Positions 32,617 to 45,095 of a stretch of DNA of 64,000 bases are shown piece after piece. The position numbers were made by a program, and so were the translations under genes. The stretch is from Curvularia clavata (Eukaryota). Location of the stretch: assembly GCA_023920165.1 (NCBI GenBank), contig CP089275.1:3658001-3722000 (forward strand), written 5' to 3'. A model generated the notes under the pieces. The model was not told where the DNA came from, did not search any database, and saw only the letters and a program-made list of their open reading frames with translations. How positions within the stretch are numbered: position 1 is the first letter of the stretch; each line of letters begins with the position of its first letter.

Positions 32617-34689
32617 CTATCGTCCAACGAGCACTCTCTGGCTCTTCCTTGTCTCAGTTACGTAGTTCCTCTTCTCGCCCGTCACGAGAAGCTGCACATG
32701 GCCCTTGGCAGTTGGGACATATTTGACCGTTGTGCCCTGCTGAACAGCAGATGCCTCGGAGACAGGCTTGCTGTTCAGAACCCACTGTGCAGTGAGCTTA
32801 ACACCCGGGTCCCAGCGTCCAACACTGGCAACCACTTCCTGTCCTACTTTGGCCTTCTCACAATCAATCTTGGGGTCGGCCTGGCGTGCTACCGCGGCCT
32901 TGTGACCACCGTGTTTGATCACATCTTCCCAAACGTTTCCACGCGTAGATGGAGCAGTGCATTCAGCACAAAGTGGTGTAGGACCACCTGGAGCATGATC
33001 CTTGACCCACTTCTCCACCAACTCCAAGTAATCCCAGATTTCGCGGGCTTGATAGTTCCCACCATGTGGCTTTTCGGGTAAGATAGTGACGTTTGCCCAT
33101 CCAGCACCTCCAACAGCATCAGTGTGCTTTTGGAACTCCATCACGCCCTCGTTGAGGAAGTAGTCATCCCAGGTGCCAACGTAGACGAAGATACGTCCAG
33201 CCAACGCAGTACCGAGATGGCGAGACGAGTTGAAGTTGGTTACAACGTAGTTGCTCAAGTCAAATGGCTTCCAATACTCGACAGCTTCGGGATAGATCTC
33301 ACCAGTGACTTTGTCCCATGGCTCGAGCGGGTAGCCATTGAATCCCTGAACGCCAAACACAGCATTCCAAATATCCCACTGATTGAAGGAACGCGAGGAA
33401 GTGCCAAATGTCAGTTCCCAGTGGTTTTCCTGTGCTACAGTAGCCAGGATGACCTCCGTTCCGTTCTCAAAAGTCCTGATGCTAGGTACGTAGCTGCCAT
33501 CCGCGCGTTGGTAGGCGTTTTTAGCGCTGTAAAGCTCAATGTCTTGATGGCGGTGGAAGTCGAGAGAGTCGGGATACGAAGAGAAGCATGCGCCGAAGAG
33601 ATCGGGGCGATAGATTACGTTGGCAATAGATTCCCACCCGCCAGTGGATCCGCCGTCTTGGATGCGTGCATACGGTGCGCGAATGGTGCGGAAAGTCTTC
33701 TCGATATACGGGATGAGCTCCTCGTTGATAGCGTCGCCGTAAGGGCCCAGGTTGGCTGTATTAACAGCATACGAATCATCATAATATGGCGTCTCATGGC
33801 GGAATTGCACCATGATGAACTTTGGCGCAGGTCGCTCCGATGTACTGTTGGTTGCAGGAATGACGCCAGCATTCCAAGCGGAGGTAAAGCCTTTGTCGCT
33901 GCCGTATTTGTACGCAGCTTTCCCGTCAGCCCAGTGGTTTTGATGGTAGATGACCGGATATCTTGTCTTAGTATCATTTGCGTAGCCGGCTGGTAGCAAC
34001 ACATTGGCACCAACATACATGTCACGGCCCCAGAACTTGCTCAGCTTCTCGCTGCGAATCTTGACGTGCTTCAAGAACTCGGTGTCTTCGTAGTTGCCTT
34101 GATTGCAACCGCCAATCTCTTTCCCGGTAAAGTTCTCAACGGTTGTGATGTTGTTGAAGGTCAGTTCGAGGACTTGAGCGTCACCGGATATTTGAATGTC
34201 TGTAACAGGTGTGATCAGACTTCCATAACCATTGACGTTAGGGGCACCATCGCCACATGGAAACCGGAGGCTGACTTTGGATCCATCGCTGCGGGTCACT
34301 GTCTCGTATCTGGTGAGAAAAGCCTGTACGCTATAGGTACCCGGGTCGATGTCATTCAGGCTAACATTCGGCCAGCCAAATACACCAATCGCGGTGCTGT
34401 CATTGCTGCCGCCAGACATTGTGATGGTCTTATCTGATCCAAAGCCGTAGACATTCTTTCCGAAAATCTTGTTGGGCGACGACGTGACATCAGTATCTTC
34501 AAGAGGATCGGTTCCATTGGGCGCAAACATTAGAACGATGCGTCCATCGGTGGGGACGTCCAGGAGACCTTCAAGAACGGAAAGTTTGATATTGAGGTTG
34601 GTGTCATTGCGTTTGGTGATATGAGGCTTGATTCCAGGACGAGCCGCTGCGCCAAAGGCGAGCGATGCAAAGAGGAGAGACCTCAACAT
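32617..34689 (-). CDS. Secreted alpha/beta-hydrolase (putative esterase family), intronless, with C-terminal Ig-like module
   Basis: 690-aa ORF; signal peptide and KR site; SKFWGRDMY, VLLP, RYPVIY, nucleophile elbow GGSTGGW, GTWDDYFL, PHGG. Confidence 0.85.
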   Translation of the reverse strand: MLRSLLFASLAFGAAARPGIKPHITKRNDTNLNIKLSVLEGLLDVPTDGRIVLMFAPNGTDPLEDTDVTSSPNKIFGKNVYGFGSDKTITMSGGSNDSTAIGVFGWPNVSLNDIDPGTYSVQAFLTRYETVTRSDGSKVSLRFPCGDGAPNVNGYGSLITPVTDIQISGDAQVLELTFNNITTVENFTGKEIGGCNQGNYEDTEFLKHVKIRSEKLSKFWGRDMYVGANVLLPAGYANDTKTRYPVIYHQNHWADGKAAYKYGSDKGFTSAWNAGVIPATNSTSERPAPKFIMVQFRHETPYYDDSYAVNTANLGPYGDAINEELIPYIEKTFRTIRAPYARIQDGGSTGGWESIANVIYRPDLFGACFSSYPDSLDFHRHQDIELYSAKNAYQRADGSYVPSIRTFENGTEVILATVAQENHWELTFGTSSRSFNQWDIWNAVFGVQGFNGYPLEPWDKVTGEIYPEAVEYWKPFDLSNYVVTNFNSSRHLGTALAGRIFVYVGTWDDYFLNEGVMEFQKHTDAVGGAGWANVTILPEKPHGGNYQAREIWDYLELVEKWVKDHAPGGPTPLCAECTAPSTRGNVWEDVIKHGGHKAAVARQADPKIDCEKAKVGQEVVASVGRWDPGVKLTAQWVLNSKPVSEASAVQQGTTVKYVPTAKGHVQLLVTGEKRNYVTETRKSQRVLVGR

Positions 34690-36960
34690 GTTGTACAGGA
34701 TGACTGCTGGTCAGTCTTGCTTGAGGCAAGGAGAGTCTGTATATATATCCCGCTAAGCTTTCCATAGCTAGACAAGCTTTTTAATTACTGGTGGAGATCA
34801 TGACTAGCAGAGTGGCTAGCCGAATGAAGAAGGTAGGTATAATGTTGGTGGGTTTTTCAGCTGGGGCCAAGAGATAGCTACCCGAGAATAAGGTCAAATA
34901 CGAACGAGAGAAGCGAGAATATACCTCGTAGCCGAATTATTTTGTAAGAGCGGCCAAGTATAAAATACATTGCTTGCGATGCTAGCGCGTTCCAGCACCA
35001 TGGTTTCTGGTAGCCCCTTGCGCAGGAACCGTTCCTGTACATGACAGGGCAGATGCTGGCTCAATCGCAAGGATCCGATCTTTCGAATACTTCGGAGCTG
35101 GTGGTGCTGGCTGGAGAAGCTAGCCCCATGCGGCCATTCGAGATAACGTCGACGCCGTAGACGTCAGCAATACCAGCCACATCATGCTGACAGTTCTTTT
35201 CAAATACTCTTGAAGAAGACTGAATGAGATTCGAATGGACATGAACGAAGAATTGTTCTGGGATTCCATGATGATAAAGGTTATGGGTCCAAATTCACAG
35301 CAATCGTTTTGCACAAAATGAAAAGCTGGGGGGTATCCGTGTTGAGGAATACGGTGGAAGCGATAGATGGACCGAACTCATCGCAAAAAGCTCAATGCTG
35401 AGCGACCAGGTACAGAGCTGACGACATAATCCAGTCTTGCTCCTCCAGCATGATACGACAGCGTAGCCATGCTTAAAGCGCAGATTATCAAATTTATAAT
35501 ATATGACGGTAGGATATCCTGCAGTACAATGATTGGAGATGTACATAGAAGCAACAATACTCAAGCCTTTGACCGCATTGGGAAGGCCGCCTTGGGCGCC
35601 GAGTATGGTACAGCAGTGTTCGAACCCTATGGCATCAGCGACGCAGTCAACGAAGGTGACATTGGCCTCTTCGCTGCCACAACACATACTTCATGTCTTT
35701 AATCTATTTCATCGTTTCTTGAGCCCGACACGCACACATGATTTACACCTGCGACATCTTGATGCTGTTTAATAGTATCCATGAGCAGAAGCTCTCACTA
35801 CACTATACACCAGTGACTTCGTGAATGCCTTCTTCGTCAATCAGCCCTTTTCATAGGCCTGGCTGGTGCTAATTTGTCTCTTATATAGCTTGTTCCATCC
35901 ATGACCAAACCGAGAAGCGTATTGAGGCACTACGATGTTGATAGTGAAGTGTGATTGAAGCGTGATGAAAGATGTCCATAGAGATATGAGCTTGAGCGCG
36001 TCAGCCCACGAGTACGGACGCGAGTTAAACAATTTTTTGTATGACCGTATCAATCGTGTATCCTATACAACTAACACATCACTCGCTCTCGCCTTTTGGC
36101 CGTGGCATAACCTGGTAAAAAAAAAAGCATGAGCCTATAAAAACACCACAATCTCTTAACTCACCGCTGTTCTCTAAATGTCATATACTCTCCTAATTTA
36201 AGAGTACCAATCGCCATAACCTAGCACGACACACCTGTTCTGCCAGCAAGCACTTACAAGAGTTTCATCTTCAGCAGAATACAAACCCATGACTTGTTGT
36301 TACGTACACGAAAACTTTTCTAGACGTTGATATCGGAAAAGAAAATACAATCAAGCAGCACTTGCATATGATACGTTACCTCAATCTAGGCCGTTATCTA
36401 GCCGTTTCACACTAAACCCAGGATAGAGGCTGAGGGCTGGTATTTTGCGGGGAATGCGAATGCGAAGATGGGGCAACGCTAGGGACTTCTAGATCAACAG
36501 AGCGGATCGTCCCCACCATGCTCTATCCTACAGTGTAGTCTTTGTGTCGTAATGTCAAGAAAGAAACAGATCAATGTAGATGGTGCCGTACGATTTGTAC
36601 ACTATGTGCATTGAATACTCGAGAACCACACAACATGGTAGCCATGGGCAAGGACGACTGTGTTGGTGGAATAAGAAAGAAACCGAATCCCCTGCATACC
36701 GCCGCTCCGTTACTTTGCCGCTAAGCCACGAACTTGCTGCGCTCCGCTCGGAAGGATTGGAGGATGCAGCCGCTCGTCTGCACAACGACTATTTTGGCGA
36801 CTATGGAACAATTGTCGCACTGCATGTGTTTACCTATTGCAAGTATAAATCGGCGCGCTGGCCTGGGACTTGCTTGTCGTTGTCCAGGTTCCCCAATCAC
36901 GTTTAATTCCTCGCATACAGAAACAGATCGTTCGCAGCCAGTTCCAGCGATCCGCACAAA

Positions 36961-38977
36961 ATGGCCACTGCTCATGTACTCCAACCGCGCGAGCTCGATA
37001 TCGACCCGGTTGTGCAGAAGTACTTCGTCGAAGCAGCAAAGCGCAAGAGAGATGATGGTCTAAACCAATTTGAAACTCTCCAATTCAGCCAAAGTGAGCG
37101 CCTGCGCAGCCTTGTTGAAGACATATGGGCCGATCACGAGTTTCTCGACGCACTTCCGGTACCGGTTCAGCAAGACAGTCGAGTCAAGTTTTTGATCCTA
37201 GGAGCTGGGTTGGGCGGCATTGTAATGGCGGTAAAGCTGATCCAGAAGGGATTCATTCCGGCAGATGTGTTGCTTGTTGATATTGCTGGAGGTGTTGGAG
37301 GGACGTGGTACTGGAATCGTTACCCGGTAAGTCATCCATATGTCACAACTAGGACTCACACTGCGAGGCTAATTAAGGCGTGAACAGGGATTGCATTGTG
37401 ACGTCGAATCATATTCCTATCTTCCGTTCTTGGAAGAAACTGGCTACATGCCTAGGAAAAGATATTCTTCTAGTGTTGAGATTCGCAAGTATCTGGAGCA
37501 AGTTGTCGACAAATTTGGTTTGAGTAGTCGGGTATTGTTCCGTACACGAGCGAAGAAACTCGAATGGAACGACGACGAAAGGACCTGGTGGGTTGAGGTA
37601 ACTACGCATCGAGGCACCAGAGGGAAGCAGGAGGCGAAACTTTCCTTCTTCGCTGATAATGTCATCATCGCAGATGGTGTGTTGCCGCATCCGCATGTAC
37701 CCAAACTACCTGGGCTGGCGCAGTTCGCCCATCCGATGCTTCACACTGCGCGTTGGAACTACGGTATAACCGGGGGATCTGGTGATGACGAAATACCAGA
37801 CTTGACTCAGCTCAAAAATAAGGTAGTCGGAATCGTCGGTACAGGTGCCACTGCAATCCAGGTCGTCCCCCAAATTGCCAGGTTCGCAAAAGAGATTTAC
37901 GTGTTCCAACGCACTCCCTCTCATGTATTTGCTTTAGGTCAAACTGAGACGAATACCGAAGACTGGCATCGCAGCATTGCAACGAAACCTGGGTGGCACC
38001 GAGCGCGGAGGGAAGCTAACGCTGAAGCGGTGACAGGGAATCTGAAAAATGAAAATTTCGCGGCTGAGAAGGGGTGGACTCAGCTTGATAGCTTCGGTGG
38101 CCTCTACGGTACGACCCGGTTCGGCATGATTACACCTGACAAAGCACAGGAACATATTGGCACAATGCTCGCGCTGGATTCAAGGCACAGCGAGAGATCT
38201 CGTTCGAGAATCTTAGAGATAGTCAAAGACCGAGAAACAGCGGAGAGACTGGTGCCTTGGTATCCGACATGGTGCAAGCGACCCACGTTCAGCGATGGGT
38301 ATCTGGAAAGTTTCAACAGCAGCAACGTTCACTTAGTCGACACCGACGGCGCGGGGATCGAAAGCTTTACGCCTGATGGTATCATTGCGAACGGTCGGGA
38401 ATATCCAGTTGACCTTCTTATCTTGAGCACCGGATTCCATTCAAATGCTGCTGTGGGAGGCCCAGGTTCAAGCGCTGGCCTAGAGATCATCGGTCGTAAT
38501 GGACGTCACATATCAGAAAAGTGGAAAACACAGGGTATTACGACTTTGCATGGTATTACGACGAACGGGTTTCCCAACCTGTTTATTGAGGGCGTGCTGC
38601 AAGCTGCAGCGACAGCAAATTTTGCTCATATGGTTGATGTAACAAGTGAGCACATCGCTTCGATTGTTGCAACTACCCATCGTCTGTCTTCAGATGGGCA
38701 GAGGAATATCGTGATCGAGCCTACGGTTGAGGCAGAGGAAACGTGGGGTATGATGATTGCACAAGGTTCAGCCATCTTCAGCCCAAACACTGTCTGCACG
38801 CCAGGATATCAAAATCTGGAAGGTGAGGCACTAAAGATGCCAGCTCCTGACGACCATGCAGCGATGATGAAAAAGGCAAAGGCAGGAATTTGGCATAGAG
38901 GTCTTGTCGACTTCACGCAGCTTTTGGAGAGATGGCGTGAAGATGGAAGATTGGAAGGGTTGGAAGTAAAGATTTGA
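36961..38977 (+). CDS. Type I Baeyer-Villiger-like flavin monooxygenase, 2 exons
   Basis: GAGLGG, GGTWYWNRYP|G, fingerprint FAHPMLHTARW, GTGATAIQ, FQRTP, CKRP, STGF; intron 37327-37387. Confidence 0.9.
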
Positions 38978-39119
38978 GCAGGGGGAGCTGCTGAGCAGAC
39001 ACGGGACTTCTTCGATGCCATGATGTATTGATCAAGTGGAGATGTAGCGTATCAAGTACGTCCCCATGAGTGCTATGGTGTGGGCTGGACAGAAGGTGCT
39101 TGCGTCTCCTGAGTGTTGT

Positions 39120-39889
39120 TTAATAAGTTATACGTATAGACTCGATAATAGTGCTTACTGGTTTCAGGGCTTCATAAGTGTTGTCTGTTTGCAAGACCAC
39201 CTGATCAGGCTTCACTCCATCTGCCCACTTTCTTTCCCATTCGACAGTGCGGTGCGCTCCGTTTACCGGTGGATTGTCTTCGAAATTCGTGCCATGGTTG
39301 GCATGTGTTCGTTCAGAACCAGCAGCATGACCGTTTCTAACTGGGCCGTTATGATTCTGCCGGCCGCCAATGCGATTATCAGGGTTGGCCGGAGTCCCAC
39401 GTTCATTGAACTTGCGTAGGACGATGTATCCTACGAATCCCCATATGAAAATGAGAGTTGCCGAGCAGCTGGCGATGAAGACGGTTGGAACGACAAAGAG
39501 CAGAGCGAAGCTGACAACAAAAAACGTGATTGTCAGAGAAACTATCAAGCCAAGTAGGAGGCAGGTGGTCAGGGAAATAAGGAGGGTGGCGGCGGTGAAG
39601 GCCAGAAAGAGGACGAGAGGAAGGCCAGCCAGCGCGGCTTGGGTAGCAAGGAAAGCCTTTGGAAATGGGTCAGTAGAAAGAATGAAGAAGACCGAGGAGA
39701 CAGTACTGCAGTTTTAGGGTTCCGCCGGGCATAGTCGTGTGCCTGCTCGACCATATGCTCACGGCGTGTGCGTGGGAGCAATTGGTTCGTCGTAGCCTCA
39801 AACTGGGCCTCAACACTCTGAGCAGCATGCCGTACATGAAAGCCGACACTGTCAACCACTTGGCCAGCTTTTTCAATGACCGAAGGCAT
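39120..39889 (-). CDS. Promethin/LDAF1-like lipid-droplet membrane protein, 2 exons
   Basis: Intron 39706-39657; long continuous hydrophobic block AFLATQAALAGLPLVLFLAF...FIWGFVGYIVLR. Confidence 0.72.
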
Positions 39890-40305
39890 CGTAGGTGTGG
39901 GGAAACGGATGGACTCGACGGAATAGGGATGAGCAGTGGACAGGGGGTGTAATGAATTGGGAGTGATGATCGGGTCACTTGGAAGCGAGAGGACGATGGT
40001 TGTATGAAATTTTAGTGATCAAGATGAAAAGCTGGTTATTGTCTGGCATGCCATTGTATTGTGAGGCCGAGTGCTGTGCATGCAATCAATCAATCATGGG
40101 CACGTAAAGTCCGGGGCTCGAAAGCGGAGAAAGAGGGCTAGAACGCGTGATTCGCGTGTACGTCATGCCGATGCGCGCTAGCGGCCACACCCCTGTCGCT
40201 TGGCAGGTCGTTTCTCATCTCACCGCCCATGAGTTCTGCCAATTCGAGGTCGAACTTTTTGACATGTCGCGACACGCCCTCCCATACCGCGCCCGCACCG
40301 CCGAC

Positions 40306-41851
40306 ATGAGCGACAAGAAGAGAAAGAGACATGCCGAAAACGGCGAGCGCCCCAAGAAGAAGGCTGTCGCTCTGCCACAGGGCAATGTCCGCGTCGACAT
40401 GGTAGAGAGCAAAGAACCTTTGGGCCCAGTGCTGGGTATGTAATGAGACGGGCGCATGCATCTCAAGGTCCTATGGCGATACTCGCGCTGTCGCTAATGC
40501 CGTATGACCCTTTTCGCTGACTTTTCCAAGCTGTAACACCGGGTCTGAACATGCCCTCTAAGATTGCCTTCAACCCCTACAAGCGAACAAAGGTCCTTCC
40601 ACAAGGCGAGAGCACCGAGCTGCTCCTGCAGTCTTCCGAGCATCCCCGTCTCGACTACACCGCACAAGAAGAGCGCGATGGAAGCTCCGAGAGCCAGCTG
40701 CAAGATTACGTTGGTGTATACGATCCTGCCACCAACAAGCTTCAAATCGTTCCAGTCAAGAGAGTCGTCGTTCGAAGCACACTGCGAAGCGAAGTCGAAG
40801 AGATGCGCCAGGAGCAGGCTGCCATCGATGCTAAGAACAACACAATTACAGCCAAGAGGGCTGCCCTCGCTGCTGAGTTTGGATCTAAGAAGTCTAGAAA
40901 AGCTCTCGAGGACCGCACGCTCAACGCCATCAAGAGCGGTGCCTCAGCAAACGATGTTGCTGAGAACGTTTTGCAACAGATGTCATCCTCGACCAGCGTT
41001 ATGCCCACCACACAAGATCTTGCTGCAGCTGTCGACAGCTCCAAGCCCCGACCCATCCCCAATCTTGCTGCAGAGTACCCCGCCGACGTTTACCCTATCG
41101 ACACTGTTGTTGGCAGCGAGTTGATGACCATGCTCGATGTAAAGGACTGGGTGGAAGCATCCGCAGCTGGCCAGGGTGTCTTGGTGGCGAGCAAGTATGT
41201 CGCAAAGCGCATTGTCAAGCTCGCAAAGAACAAGCAAATCCAGAAGTTGAAGGTTTTGCGCTTTATACTACTCTGTATAAATTTCAACGCCGCCTTGATT
41301 GGTGGAGGTGGTTCCCGACCAAAGAAGATACCTATCAAGGGCAAGTTGGAGGAAGCCATGGGTGAAGATGTGCCGGCTGGATGTGTGTTGGCCATTAGAC
41401 GGAAGTTTGCTCCAGAGGGGTGAGTTTTCTTTTTGTCATTTCTATGCTTTGCTTTGCTTTCCCTTTCAACAGACGATGATCTGACGACTGACACAACACA
41501 GGAGTTCCGAGATGCCTCGCTGGAACGTTGACAACCTCATGACCCATATCGCAGCTGCAGCTCTGATCGTGGACGATCAAGCGGTTGACGTTAACGACCT
41601 CCGTGAAGATCTCAAACTTGAGAACAAAGAGTAAGTTGTTTCCACCTGTATGCAAGTCCGTGACAGTTACTAACACAACCAACAGAATCAAGCAATACTT
41701 TTCCGAACTAGGTTGCAAGATCACGCCCCCAACACAGACAGAACTTACCAATATGAAATTGACAAAGGCTGAGAGCGTCAACCACTTCATCGCCAAGCTA
41801 AAGTTGCCCTTGACATTCCCAAAGGTTGGGGGTAGATTTAGGAGCAAATAG
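40306..41851 (+). CDS. RPA49: RNA polymerase I subunit A49 (PAF53-like), 4 exons
   Basis: LLLQSSEHPRLDY, YVGVYDP, FGSKKSRKA, DVYPI, YFSELGCK, AKLKLPLTFP; GT-AG introns near 40436, 41419 and 41630. Confidence 0.87.
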
Positions 41852-44206
41852 TGTAGCTGAGCATTCTTGTCGCCATTGGGATTGAATCGATAGTTTAAAA
41901 GCTTGGGTTGTGCTACATTTTCTGGGATCAGGTCGGCGTAGAACAGCCAAATTTTCAATAATGTCAGGGTGTTTCTCGACCCATCACAAGAATTGATCGC
42001 ATGTCTGCTCGCGAATCTGTTCTCTGTGAGTGCTGTGTATCCGGCAAGGCTCCTGTGGTTTATCTTTTCCACACGGCATCCATCCGTATCTTCCGCTTTG
42101 CTTGTTTTTTCATCTTATCTCGCTCAAGCAGCCTCTCACCATAATTATCGCCACAGAAATGGTGGCCCTGTTCCAGCATCATCCCACTGATGTGGAGTAC
42201 AGATTAGAGTAGATAGTGCGGTGAACATCAGATTTAATATTGTAGTGAATATGGCAGTCAGTATGGCAGCTTCATACCATCTAGTCGAAACACTTGGTAG
42301 ACGATGCTTCCTACTCATGAACTTAATGGATTATAGCCATGGTCTGGGTGCCTGTAAATGCAAACATACGTTAGGAAAATGGGGACAGAAGAAAGATGCA
42401 CACAAGACAGGATTTCGTGTCTAAAAGGACTTGCACATCCTCAGGTATGACCGCAATGTTTTAGATTTCCAACGGCGCCAAGCGCAGCTAGGCTTAATCT
42501 AAGAAGCATTGACGTTTAGATACTCAGTGTAGCTATTCTAGGCCCCGAAAATACCTCAAATTATAAAGGATTAGAGGCTTTTAAGTAAAAAGTAGAATAG
42601 GGTTGGGCCTACTAGAAAATCACTGAGGGTAGGGTTGAGGTTACTAGACGTAAGGGTGGTTGTTACAATACCCTGCCCTCATAATTTACATCAGCTAAGA
42701 TACTAGCATGGGCCGGAAGTACGATCAAATCACTCGCATGCTCACATCTACCCATTTACGAACGTATTTTTCGAAATGACCGCAAAAGGTTGTCCTCGGT
42801 TTTACCTGCATTATCCACAACAGCAACACGACCAAGCTGGTAACAGTACAAGAACAGTGACGGAAGCCACAGCTGTGAATGTTAACCTGACTACCTTTCT
42901 CAATTTTAACATCAGTGGTCATCATACCGCAGGTTATCGACAGTAGTCTCGGCCCTAATAGATGCCATTCGTAGTGCACTGGAGGCTCCAAATGGCTCAC
43001 AGAATGTATTAGCCATATCACCGGCAACAGCCGTAAACCGCTCGCTGTCATTATTTGAGTACATATAGCTTTTCAAGCGATGCCAAAAATTTGCACAGAT
43101 ATAACGGAAAATAGAATTTTCCTGGACGGTTTGATATCTGATCTGAATCGGGAATGGAGCATTTTATGAATAAGCATCTAGATCTCTTACTGTTATGTTT
43201 CAGAGGTATATCTATAGACTTGTTGGTCTCCTCTAGCTATGCCTTCTTACTATATCTCAACACGATTCTATACCTCTATATGGCTCAAAGCCTAGAGGTG
43301 AAGGTAATTTGTGTCTGACTTGAACGAATAACTCAAAGGCAGAAGAAACAGATAACCAATCAGATAGTAACAATACAATGATCGTCTATTGAGGTATCTG
43401 GACTTCAAGTTAGGTACAGTATACTGAGGCAAGGGGCTATACCCGAGGACGACCTAGCGGGGCCATAGCAATCTAAACCCAAATATATAAATTAGACTTG
43501 ATCTCTCTGTTAATCAGCCGAAATAACTAATATAAATGGATGCTAAGTCATCAGGCCTCTGAGATCTTCATACAATGGATCACTTGTGTTGATGTCGTAG
43601 ATCTGGTAGATGTAAAAGTGTACCACGCAACACACACTAGACATCACCCAAAGATAGTAAAGACCCCATTCACACTAACAGTGTCCTCTGCCACTATGTC
43701 ATAAGTCCCACCGCCTCCAGAGATAAAGAAGGGTCAATGACGGTAAGAAGGACCAAAATTCCATCCAGACGGCATGCGGATTTTGCCATGACTCTAGTAT
43801 TGAACCCATGACACCACCACAACCCCATTCCAACATATCGCCCCGCAAAGAAAAGCGCCTAGTATCAGCGGTGTACCCAAAACAAAACAAACAAACTAGC
43901 TAGACCCCGATCTTCGAATATGGTGCTACATCATCAACCCTTCCCGCAGCGGAGCATCATTTTGAGTGCAAGTGTCGTCATGACATCACGATTGTCACCC
44001 ACGAACATCACACATCTGACATACCCTTTTCCAGTGACGACAACACCCAAAAGCCAATGTCATACCAAATACGTGTGTGATAAATATAAAAATACCGTCT
44101 TATAGGCAGGAGTACTGCACTCAAGCACACAAGCACACATCAAACGCATCATCTACCCACTCACCCAACCACATATAACTACATTACATCCCCCCAAACC
44201 ACAACA

Positions 44207-44672
44207 ATGCCCAAGTCCACCGGTCCCCTTCAAGAACAGCTCGGCATCGGCACCGCAAATCAATCCACACCCAACACCAGCTACCCCTCAGGTTCAAACA
44301 ACATGAGCGACACAACCACCTCTGCAGCTGACAAGCTCGGCGCAAACAAGTCGACCAACCCTTTCCCTCAGGAGAACCCCAGTATCATTTCGTCTGCAGG
44401 CGCGATCGGAAAGAACTGTATGTCCTTCTCCCTAGCCCTTCCTAGCATACCTCTCCCTCATCCTGTTTCTTTATCTGTGAAGGAGTTTACTAACGCCAAC
44501 CCAACCAGTCAACCCCGACGGCGCAATAGGCCAGATTGGCGAGAAGATCGGAGGACCGTTTAGCAAGGACGGCATCATTGGCAGTCAGTTTGACGCAGGC
44601 AAGAACGGCATTGCGGGCCATGTGGAACGTGCGGTTGATGGACCGAGTAACCCGGCTGGAAGCTCCAAGTAA
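44207..44672 (+). CDS. Small Gly-rich hydrophilic protein with GAIG-type repeats (start may be 44303), 2 exons
   Basis: TATA near 44084; intron 44418-44508; GAIGKNFNPDGAIGQIGEKIGGPFSKDGIIGSQF. Confidence 0.75.
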
Positions 44673-45095
44673 AAGAGAGAGAAATATAGAGAGAGAGGGA
44701 GGGAATGATATGAGAAGCCCGAAAACTGGGTGCAGTATTGTAATATAAGCCAAGAGGCGAATGAATGACATGAAGAAATATGTGTATGCTTTCAGGAACG
44801 GATATGAGGCATGGATCCCTTACCGCTTAGTCTGGCATGTCAATTCAGATAGGTTGTTACTATGTATAAGTGATCGCAACTTACCACCTGGACAGGATCT
44901 ATTCTCAATTCATCACTTTGTACTCGTATTATCTGCAAGGCTTGAGGCTTTGGGAGACAGAGTAATCGTGATACATCATCTTTATTCATACATTCACTAA
45001 TGCTACAACCAAGACCATATCAGGCTCAACAAACCAGCATCTGACTTGTGGCATCCAGAGTCGGATAGTGCATGGCATTTCCAGCCAAACAATAT

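Noticed and set aside
33124..33996. 290-aa + strand ORF and similar long antisense ORFs (19345-19914, 21430-22062, 18022-18807)
   Set aside because: Shadows of real genes or GC-rich regions; no recognisable motifs
35040..35780. Possible decayed gene or transcription factor between esterase and BVMO
   Set aside because: Fragments in several frames with no recognisable domain or consistent splice model
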